Below, one piece after another: positions 12,336 through 19,740 of a stretch of DNA of 64,000 bases. The stretch is from Chthonomonadales bacterium. GTDB lineage: Bacteria; Armatimonadota; Chthonomonadetes; Chthonomonadales; CAJBBX01. The position numbers and the translations under genes were made by a program. The stretch is taken from contig JBBROJ010000004.1 of NCBI GenBank assembly GCA_038229495.1, positions 9,320 to 73,319 on the forward strand. The letters run 5' to 3'. Numbering within the stretch: position 1 is the first letter of the stretch; the number at the start of each line of letters is the position of its first letter. The notes below the pieces were generated by a model that saw only the letters and a program-made list of their open reading frames with translations, was not told where the DNA came from and did no database searches.

Positions 12336-12406
12336 TAGGGGCGAATAAATCGCAGTGAAACCGTTGATCGTTGCACCCAACTCTCGCTGCGATTTATTCG
12401 CCCCTA
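12336..12406. repeat. Perfect 20-bp inverted repeat (taggggcgaataaatcgcag) with a 31-nt loop
   Basis: 12336-12355 is the exact reverse complement of 12387-12406. It is nested inside a weaker outer inverted repeat (gtaagaaac ... gtttcttat, about 12301-12434). Confidence 0.85.
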
Positions 12407-12539
12407 CTGCCATCGCGCGGGCGGTAGTTTCTTATTAGGGAATAATTGTCCGTTACAAGCAATCTGGCCCTGTGTGTCAAATTGAGATGAGGAGACCTGC
12501 CTGCATTGTTTTGCCTATCGGCAGCCGATCATTCCCGCG

Positions 12540-14009
12540 CTACGATGAGCCTGCGTCGGGAAGTTTCCAGCGGTAAAGATAGAACTTTTCCGGCTGCGGC
12601 GGGCCATCGGTTGACCAATCCAGAATGCTGTCCTGTGTCTCCGTAACGACAAAATAGTAGTACCCGCGCTCAAAAACCCCGCGATCCCAGGACCGCCGTG
12701 GAAGAGACGTCAACTTTCTGACGATGGGCTCGCTACCTGGTTCTATGCCGCACAGGAACGCTCGAAATACCGCGTCCGCACCCCGCTCCTCTCGCGCCTC
12801 GAACAGCACGCCATAGAGGCGGCCGCCATACGAAAACAGGCGCGTGAGACGGACCGTAGCTTTCCCGCCATCCATCAGATTCAACACCACGCGCTGGGCC
12901 GTGCCGTCCGGATTGGCGCACACCAGGTCTCTGCGAACGGCATCGTTGAATCCCCCGAGAAGCGGTGAAGTGTAGCGCTCATTGATCCAATAGACTTTGC
13001 CTCGGCATTCTACCGGCGGCGAGGCGGGTTCGAACAGGCAATCCTTTATGACGGAGGTCTGCAGCGTGTCCGACGAAACATAAACCACATCGGTTATCGT
13101 CTGGCCGGCGAGAAAATCCGGCCGTACGACACGCAAATAGACGCCCTGCGTGGAAGAGAACAGACGGGCGGTCTCGAAGACTCCGCTATACAGTCTGCGC
13201 GCGGACCCGCCTTCCCCCGGTGACACCATCATCTCAAAATAGGCAGGAGGCATTGTACCGTCTCGTTTCGCGTAACGGGTCGATTCCGCTGGAGCGAGAG
13301 GTCTCCGCCGTATCCAGAAGATATGCTCTCCCAGCACGGACAGATTGTAAAAGATCGGATCGGCGCGGCTTGTATCGAGCGAGATCGTTCGCGGAGCGCC
13401 GCCCGCAAGCGGCACGCGGTGGAGCGTCGTTTTGGAACGCTGCGAGGCGAATAGGCTTCTGCCGCTTCTTGAAAGGAGGCCGAGGGCCTGGGGAGCGCCG
13501 GGGTGCGCGGACCGCGAGCCAAGCATCCCTCTCAAATCCGGCATGCTGAGGCCATTGTTCATTGCGTGGAGCTTGCGGCCTGGTCCCATGCCGAGCGGGA
13601 CATTTCGATACCAGACATTCACATAGTAAAGGTATGGTCCCGCAATGAACGCGCCTGCCTCGGTGTCGGTCGAGTCATGCCGGAGCAGCAGTCGCTCGCG
13701 GCCATCTGTAATCGAACGGGAGTGAGCGACGAGGTCTACGCCGTTGGGAGCCAGGCCGAAAACAATAGAATTGGCTGTGTGAATGCCGGCCCACTGGGTA
13801 ATCGGGCTTAACGGGAGCTCGGCCATGCGCTCCGGACGGCCTCGAAGCGCCGCCCACCTCAACAGCAGCATGGCGGCCAGCGCGCACGGAAGCAGCAGCC
13901 GGATGCGATGGAGGTCTTCTCCTATCCTCCTCGCCGGCGAGCTTTTGCCATTCTTTGGATTCGAATCGACTGGCATTTTGTGATCAGGGCGCAGATACAA
14001 TGGTCTCAA
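12540..14009 (-). CDS. Hypothetical membrane-anchored protein, beta-rich ectodomain
   Basis: 489-aa ORF with one N-terminal TM helix (LLLPCALAAMLLL). Recurring aromatic-rich strands suggest a propeller. No diagnostic motif. Confidence 0.5.
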   Translation of the reverse strand: MRPLYLRPDHKMPVDSNPKNGKSSPARRIGEDLHRIRLLLPCALAAMLLLRWAALRGRPERMAELPLSPITQWAGIHTANSIVFGLAPNGVDLVAHSRSITDGRERLLLRHDSTDTEAGAFIAGPYLYYVNVWYRNVPLGMGPGRKLHAMNNGLSMPDLRGMLGSRSAHPGAPQALGLLSRSGRSLFASQRSKTTLHRVPLAGGAPRTISLDTSRADPIFYNLSVLGEHIFWIRRRPLAPAESTRYAKRDGTMPPAYFEMMVSPGEGGSARRLYSGVFETARLFSSTQGVYLRVVRPDFLAGQTITDVVYVSSDTLQTSVIKDCLFEPASPPVECRGKVYWINERYTSPLLGGFNDAVRRDLVCANPDGTAQRVVLNLMDGGKATVRLTRLFSYGGRLYGVLFEAREERGADAVFRAFLCGIEPGSEPIVRKLTSLPRRSWDRGVFERGYYYFVVTETQDSILDWSTDGPPQPEKFYLYRWKLPDAGSS

Positions 14010-14292
14010 AGGTGGTGTTTAGGTCGATATTGAACTGATTGTAGATATTCGCATAGTCGTGTGTCGCGCCTCTATTGAAATGTGCAGAACCTGTGACACT
14101 TCAAATGTGACAGGACAGGCAAAATCGAGATTGTAACAGTTAAGTTTGTTGTGAGAGGAAATTGGGCCAGGAGGAGGAGCAAAGCATCATGCCGGTAGGT
14201 TCAACGTCGAGTTGCCTGGTGACTCCAGTACAATCACCTGCTTCCTGGAACGATTCTCACCACTGCTGAACGGATATCAAGTTTAAGGTTTG

Positions 14293-14365
14293 TGCGCCCG
14301 GAGGGATTCGAACCCCCGGCCCTCTGTTCCGAAGACAGATGCTCTATCCTCTGAGCTACGGACGC
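14293..14365 (-). tRNA. tRNA-Arg (anticodon UCG)
   Basis: GCGTCCG-TA-GCTC-AGAGGATA-GAGC-A-TCTGT-CTTCGGA-ACAGA-GGGCC-GGGGG-TTCGAAT-CCCTC-CGGGCGC-A. A 73-nt cloverleaf folded by hand. CCA is not encoded. Confidence 0.9.
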
Positions 14366-14506
14366 GCGAGACGAGATTACAAGAGATTATAACACAGCGG
14401 CTTGCTCACGGTCAAACAAGAAACGACAGGGGAGTGGTAACGCCGGCAGGAAGCCAGGCCCTCCCCGGTGAACTGTCATATGCTTCAGGCAAGCCTGTTG
14501 TGAACC

Positions 14507-15991
14507 GTGAACATCGACTACCGAGGAATTTCCATCTTGAGCGCCAGCTACGAAAACTATATCGGCGGGGAGTGGACCGCGCCCGCCGCGAACGAGTATA
14601 TCCCCAATATCAACCCGGCGGACCGTCGCGACTTAGTCGGCGAGTTTCCCAACTCAACCGCGCAGGACGCCGAGCGGGCAATTAGTGCCGCTTCCAATTC
14701 GCAGCCCGCCTGGGCCGCGCTGTCTCCGCACGGCAGGGGCGAGTTTCTTCGGAAAGCGGCGGACATCCTCGAATCGCGGGCCGACGAGGTGGCGCGCGGA
14801 CTCATGCGGGAAGAGGGCAAGTCGCTGCCGGAGGCGAAGGGCGAGATCATGCGCGGCGTGACTATCCTGCGCTACTACGGCATGCAGACCATGCTGCCGG
14901 ACGGCGACGTGATTCCCTCCGCGGGTGCCACCACGTTCCTCTACTCCCGGCGCATCCCGCTGGGCGCCTGCGCGCTCATCACGCCGTGGAACTTCCCCAT
15001 TGCGATTCCGATCTGGAAGGCCGCTCCCGCGCTGGCGTTCGGCAATACCGTCGTGCTCAAGCCCTCGGAGCTTGCCCCGCTCACCGCCTGGCACATCGCC
15101 AAGGCGCTCGAAGACGCCGGTCTTCCAAAGGGCGTCTTCAACGTGGTGTTCGGACAGGGCGCGCGGGTCGGCGAGACGCTGGCCACCCATCCGGCGGTCT
15201 CGGCAATCTCGTTCACCGGCTCGGTAAAGACCGGCAAGATTATCGCAGCGCAGGCGGCGTCTGCGGGCAAGAAGTACCAGCTCGAAATGGGTGGCAAGAA
15301 CGCTGCCGTCGTGCTCGCCGATGCCGATATGGAGCAGGCGGTGAACCTGACGATTCAGGGCGCTTTCAAATCCGCCGGCGAGAAGTGCACGGCCACTTCG
15401 CGCGCGATTATCCACAAAGATGTCTACGATGAGTTTTCGAGGCGGCTGGTGGAACGGACGAAAGCGTTGAAGGTTGGCCCCGGCGACGATTCGAGCGCCT
15501 ATCTCGGCCCCGTCATCAGCGAGCAGGCGCAGGCGAACATCCTGCGCGCCATCGACGACGCGCGGTCGGCCGGCTTGCAGATGCTGTGCGGCGGGAGAAT
15601 GGACAACCCTGAGCTTGCGAACGGATTCTACGTCGCCCCGACGATATTCGGCAATGTGACACCCGATTCAGCCATCGCCCGGCAGGAGGTCTTCGGACCT
15701 GTCCTCTGCCTGATGCGCGCGGAGAGCTTCGACCACGCCCTGGAGCTTTTGAACGGAGTCGAGTACGGCCTGAGCGCCTCCCTCTTCACCCGAGATCTCA
15801 ACGCAGCGATGCAGTTTGCCGAGAAGGCGCAGGCCGGCATGCTACGCGTCAACGGCGAAACGGCGGGCGTGGAGCCGCAGGCTCCGTTCGGCGGCATGAA
15901 AGCGTCGTCGAGCTGGAGCCGGGAACAAGGATTGGCCGCCCGCGACTTCTTTACGCAAACCAAGACCATCTCCATCGACCGTGCCGGGTAG
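14507..15991 (+). CDS. NAD(P)+ aldehyde dehydrogenase (by context possibly 2,5-dioxovalerate / alpha-ketoglutarate semialdehyde dehydrogenase)
   Basis: 494 aa. Catalytic Glu in LEMGGKN and catalytic Cys in GEKCTATSR. GTG start. Confidence 0.85.
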   Translation: MNIDYRGISILSASYENYIGGEWTAPAANEYIPNINPADRRDLVGEFPNSTAQDAERAISAASNSQPAWAALSPHGRGEFLRKAADILESRADEVARGLMREEGKSLPEAKGEIMRGVTILRYYGMQTMLPDGDVIPSAGATTFLYSRRIPLGACALITPWNFPIAIPIWKAAPALAFGNTVVLKPSELAPLTAWHIAKALEDAGLPKGVFNVVFGQGARVGETLATHPAVSAISFTGSVKTGKIIAAQAASAGKKYQLEMGGKNAAVVLADADMEQAVNLTIQGAFKSAGEKCTATSRAIIHKDVYDEFSRRLVERTKALKVGPGDDSSAYLGPVISEQAQANILRAIDDARSAGLQMLCGGRMDNPELANGFYVAPTIFGNVTPDSAIARQEVFGPVLCLMRAESFDHALELLNGVEYGLSASLFTRDLNAAMQFAEKAQAGMLRVNGETAGVEPQAPFGGMKASSSWSREQGLAARDFFTQTKTISIDRAG

Positions 15992-16065
15992 AGCCGAATC
16001 GCGAAACAGCGCGCTAGTCCGTCTCGTATCTCGTTTGAGTGGAGGCAACCGAGAAGGAGAGCGTC

Positions 16066-16992
16066 ATGGAGTTGCGCCAAGATACGCAGGAAGAGAGCAT
16101 TTCCCCTTCGCCGGCAATAGTCGAATCGAGCGCGCAACCGGTAACGACCGAAACGCCGCCGGTCGAACAGATAGTCAAAGAGCTGTCGAACCGCAACAAG
16201 GATATCCGCGCGGGGGCTGAGAAGCAGCTTGCCGCGCTCGGACCAGAATCGACGGACGAGCTTCTTCGCGTCCTGGAGATCGAAGGACAGAAATATCGAA
16301 GGCATAGACGGAACACGCGCAAGGGCCTCTATATCGGCGGCGGCATTCTTGTCCTGTATCTTTCCGGAGGCATCATCCTGGGGCTGACTACAGGCCATTG
16401 GGATATGATGACGAACCTTGGGTCGTTCGGCGTATTCGGCGGCGCCGGCGCAGCGGCGGCATTGACTCCGCAGCACAAGAGCATTGTGAAGGTCATCTCC
16501 GAGCTGGATGACATGAGGTCTGTCGGATGGCTTGCCGATACGCTCGATACCCAGGACAAAGAGATCATGACCACCGCCGAAGATACGTTGACGCGGCTGC
16601 TGCCACAGCTTCAGCGCGAAGATGCCGCTTACCTGGACAACGAGAGACGCCGCATGCTCGACCGGAAGCTGGTCAAGACGGACCGCGCGGACTTTGCGCT
16701 CGCAATTCTACTGACCTACGAGCGGCTCGGCGACAGCCGGTCGCTTGCTTCGGTCGAGATTGTGGAGTCTGGGCGGGCCGTTCTCAAGCAGTCCGAGATC
16801 GTACATGCGGCGCAAGCGGCAGCAGCGGCGCTCCGGGTGCGGCAGGCGCTGGAGCACGAAGTCCAGACGCTGCTCCGCCCGTCGTCCACGCCGGTCGAAG
16901 AGGCGGAAATACTGCTTCGGCCCGCGGGCGGAGCAACCCACGAGCCGGAATCGGCGCTGCTCCGACCGGCAATGACAGACACGGACGATTAG
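16066..16992 (+). CDS. Membrane protein with three C-terminal LLRP[SA] motifs (paralogue of 58798..59649)
   Basis: ATG 16066 is preceded by AAGGAG. Two TM helices follow a basic RRHRRNTRK patch, then a helical domain, then TLLRPS / ILLRPA / ALLRPA at the C-terminus. Confidence 0.6.
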   Translation: MELRQDTQEESISPSPAIVESSAQPVTTETPPVEQIVKELSNRNKDIRAGAEKQLAALGPESTDELLRVLEIEGQKYRRHRRNTRKGLYIGGGILVLYLSGGIILGLTTGHWDMMTNLGSFGVFGGAGAAAALTPQHKSIVKVISELDDMRSVGWLADTLDTQDKEIMTTAEDTLTRLLPQLQREDAAYLDNERRRMLDRKLVKTDRADFALAILLTYERLGDSRSLASVEIVESGRAVLKQSEIVHAAQAAAAALRVRQALEHEVQTLLRPSSTPVEEAEILLRPAGGATHEPESALLRPAMTDTDD

Positions 16993-17003
16993 AAAGGCTC
17001 GCA

Positions 17004-17888
17004 ATGGCGCTCTGCCGCTACGAAACATATCTGCCGGCCGTTGGGCGGCAGAAACGCTGGGGATGGGTTCGGGACGGCAGTGTATATCCGCTCGAAGACC
17101 AGGCTGTCGCGCAGCGCTTTCAGTCGCCCGACGCCAATGGGCTTCAATCGCTGGCGGCTGCCGCAATCCCGGAATCGATTCCGTTTTCGGATCTCGACAC
17201 AGCGCCGGGTCGATACGGACATCCTTCGCTCGTCGCCCCGCTGACCACCGGCATGGAGGTCTGGGCAGCGGGTGTCACGTACGAGAGCAGCAAGTTTGCG
17301 CGCATAGCCGAATCGACGGAGGGCGGCGACTTCTATGCCAAAGTCTATGTCGCGGACCGGCCCGAACTTTTCTTCAAGGCCACTCCAGGCCGCACCGTGG
17401 GCCCCAACGATTTCGTCAGAATCAGGCGCGATTCGAAGTGGAACGTGCCGGAACCGGAACTTGCCGTTGTCGTCGCCGCATCGGGTGAAATTCTGGGCTA
17501 CACGGTCGGGAACGACATGTCGTCGCGCGACATCGAGGGCGAGAATCCGCTCTATCTGCCGCAGGCGAAGGTGTACACAGCCTCCTGCGCGCTGGGACCA
17601 GTGATTGTGCCTGTTGGAGAAGTTGACCCGCAGAACCTCGGAATTGTGCTCACGATCACGCGGGGCGGGGAGACGGCCTATCGCGGCGAGACATCCACCG
17701 CGCGCATGAGAAGGCGCGTGGACGATCTGGTGGATTGGTTATTTCGCGAGAACGAGTTCCCGCACGGAGTCGTCCTCTTAACTGGAACCGGCCTCATCCC
17801 TCCCGACAACTTCACTCTACAACCCGGCGACGAGATTGCGATTCAGATCGAGCAGATTGGCACATTGCGTAATCAGGTCGCGGCTTAA
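17004..17888 (+). CDS. FAH-family 2-dehydro-3-deoxy-D-arabinonate dehydratase (KdaD)-like
   Basis: ATG 17004 (MALCRYE). Strong resemblance to KdaD: PELFFKATP, WNVPEPELAVVV, ENPLYLPQAKVY, LLTGTG. The upstream 159 codons of the ORF-track ORF overlap the previous gene and are rejected. Confidence 0.75.
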   Translation: MALCRYETYLPAVGRQKRWGWVRDGSVYPLEDQAVAQRFQSPDANGLQSLAAAAIPESIPFSDLDTAPGRYGHPSLVAPLTTGMEVWAAGVTYESSKFARIAESTEGGDFYAKVYVADRPELFFKATPGRTVGPNDFVRIRRDSKWNVPEPELAVVVAASGEILGYTVGNDMSSRDIEGENPLYLPQAKVYTASCALGPVIVPVGEVDPQNLGIVLTITRGGETAYRGETSTARMRRRVDDLVDWLFRENEFPHGVVLLTGTGLIPPDNFTLQPGDEIAIQIEQIGTLRNQVAA

Positions 17889-17895
17889 CGGCGGC

Positions 17896-18309
17896 TTGTC
17901 CACAGATGACACAGAGGAAGACCAGAGAACGTCGAAGGATTCCAATGAGCGCGATCCGCAGACTTATGCAGTCATTGGCGCAGCAATGGAAGTCCATCGC
18001 GTACTCGGATACGGCTTTCTGGAGGCTGTATATCAGGAAGCGCTTTCTTTGGAATTCGCGTGCCGCAGCTTGCCATTCATCCGCGAAGTGGCGCTTCCCG
18101 TGAAGTATAAGAGCTCCGTACTCGCTTGCGCCTATCGCGCCGACTTTGTTTGCTTCTGCGAAATCATCGTAGAGATCAAGGCATTGGACAACCTGTCAGG
18201 CTCACATCAGGCTCAGGTTATCAATTACCTCCGCGCAACCGGATTCAAGCGCGCTGTCCTACTCAATTTCGGTACGGGGCGGCTCGAGTATACACGCGTC
18301 GTTCTTTAG
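17896..18309 (+). CDS. GxxExxY family protein (PD-(D/E)XK-like)
   Basis: Signature GFLEAVYQEAL, and C-terminus NYLRATGFKRAVLLNFG. TTG 17896 is the first start codon after the upstream stop and is also the first base of the 5' inverted repeat. Confidence 0.8.
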   Translation: MSTDDTEEDQRTSKDSNERDPQTYAVIGAAMEVHRVLGYGFLEAVYQEALSLEFACRSLPFIREVALPVKYKSSVLACAYRADFVCFCEIIVEIKALDNLSGSHQAQVINYLRATGFKRAVLLNFGTGRLEYTRVVL

Positions 18310-18351
18310 CATTTGCACTTATCTGTGTTCATCTGTGTCATCTGTGGACAA
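17896..18351. repeat. Perfect 20-bp inverted repeats bracketing the GxxExxY gene
   Basis: ttgtccacagatgacacaga (17896-17915) is the exact reverse complement of 18332-18351. The bracketed unit fills the gap between the stop at 17888 and the ATG at 18355. Confidence 0.9.
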
Positions 18352-18354
18352 AAC

Positions 18355-19728
18355 ATGAAATCTCTATCCAGTCTAACCGCGCTTCTGCTCTGTGGCATCT
18401 CCGCCGCGGCTCAGACGAAGCCCGCGCCGGTGAGCTACAAGAAGCAGATTGCGCCGATATTTGCGACCTCCTGCAACGCCTGCCACAGCGCCGCCACGCC
18501 GCAGAGCAAGCTCAACACGACAGCCTATGCGGCACTGATGACGGGTGGCTCGCGCGGCAAGGTTATTTTGCCTGGAAACGCGGCCAACAGCCTGATTGTC
18601 CAGTATATCGAGGGACGCAAGCAGCCGAAGATGCCCATCGGCGGCTCGCTCAAGCCCGCCGAGACTGCGCTCATTCGGCGGTGGATAATGGAAGGGGCGA
18701 AGTCCGACGGCGAAGCCGCGCCCATCGACCCGTCGAAGGTGTCCGGTACGGGCGGAATCCCCGTGCGTGCAGACATCCTGCCGCAGGCGGCGTCGCTGGC
18801 GTGGAGCAAGGACGGGAAGATTGTGGCCGTAGGAACCTATCGAGAGGTCAAGCTCTTCGAGATGCCGGGCGGCAAGATTCAGCGCACGCTGACCGGCCAT
18901 GCGGACGTGGTGCGCGCGCTGGCGTTCAGCCCCGACGGGACCACGCTGGCTGCGGCGGGAGGAGTTCCGGGGCAGGGCGGTGAAATCCGGCTCTGGAACA
19001 TGGCTGACGGCACGCTGAAAAGGACGCTGACGGGACATACGGACTGCATCTACGGATTCGGCTGGCGGCCCGACGGCAAGCAGTTCGCGACATCCAGCTA
19101 CGACAAGACGGTCAAAATCTGGGACGTCGAGAAGGGCGTATCCATAGCCGATCTGAAGGACCACGCCGACGCGGTCTATGCCGTTGCCTACACGACGAGC
19201 GGCAAGTACCTCGCCACCGCGAGCGCGGACCGCTCGATTCGGGTGTGGGACGCTGCAACGGGCAAGCGGCTTTACACTCTTGCCGGGCATACGGAGATGG
19301 TAACCGGCCTTGCGGCCCATCCGACAGCGGATCAGATCGTCTCCGTGAGCGCCGACAAGACTATGCGGCTCTGGAATCTGAAGCCGGACGGCGGGAGCGC
19401 GGCAAGGACTTCGCCGACGCAGCCGGACGTCCTGACGGACGTGCGCTTCTCCCCGGATGGAAAGTGGATCGTCACCTCGAGCAACGACGGCGCGGTGAAA
19501 ATCTGGAATGCGGACAGCGGCGCGGAGGTCAAGGCGATTCCAAACCCCGATGCGATATTGGCGGTAAGCGTGGACCCCGCAAGCCAACTCGTGGCGGTCG
19601 GCGGGTACGACGGTTCCGCGGTTCTTTACAAGCTCGCCGATGGAGTAAAGACGGCGTCACTCATTACTCTTCCTCGGCGCGTAACGCAGCCCGCGCCGAC
19701 CCCCAAGACAGATGCTCACAGCAAATAG
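18355..19728 (+). CDS. Secreted cytochrome c (PSCyt1-type) domain fused to a WD40 beta-propeller
   Basis: ATG 18355 (MKSLSSLTALLLCGISAAAQ signal peptide). Heme motif CNACH with LIVQYIEG...KMP, then about 7 WD40 repeats (GH...WD/WN). Confidence 0.8.
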   Translation: MKSLSSLTALLLCGISAAAQTKPAPVSYKKQIAPIFATSCNACHSAATPQSKLNTTAYAALMTGGSRGKVILPGNAANSLIVQYIEGRKQPKMPIGGSLKPAETALIRRWIMEGAKSDGEAAPIDPSKVSGTGGIPVRADILPQAASLAWSKDGKIVAVGTYREVKLFEMPGGKIQRTLTGHADVVRALAFSPDGTTLAAAGGVPGQGGEIRLWNMADGTLKRTLTGHTDCIYGFGWRPDGKQFATSSYDKTVKIWDVEKGVSIADLKDHADAVYAVAYTTSGKYLATASADRSIRVWDAATGKRLYTLAGHTEMVTGLAAHPTADQIVSVSADKTMRLWNLKPDGGSAARTSPTQPDVLTDVRFSPDGKWIVTSSNDGAVKIWNADSGAEVKAIPNPDAILAVSVDPASQLVAVGGYDGSAVLYKLADGVKTASLITLPRRVTQPAPTPKTDAHSK

Positions 19729-19740
19729 TGCAATCATGCG

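Noticed and set aside
16527-17003. A 159-codon N-terminal extension of the FAH/KdaD ORF as given in the ORF track.
   Set aside because: It overlaps the 16066..16992 gene in another frame and is extremely Arg/Ala/Gly-rich. The homologous KdaD sequence begins at MALCRYE (17004).
18453-18460. An exact GCCGATAT (B. subtilis SigD -10 consensus), plus other CCGATAA-like strings at 62081-62092 (minus strand), 63889-63895 and 25380-25386 (minus strand).
   Set aside because: They lie inside coding sequence or lack a T(A/G)A(A/C) element at the N17 distance, and they do not point at plausible target genes.
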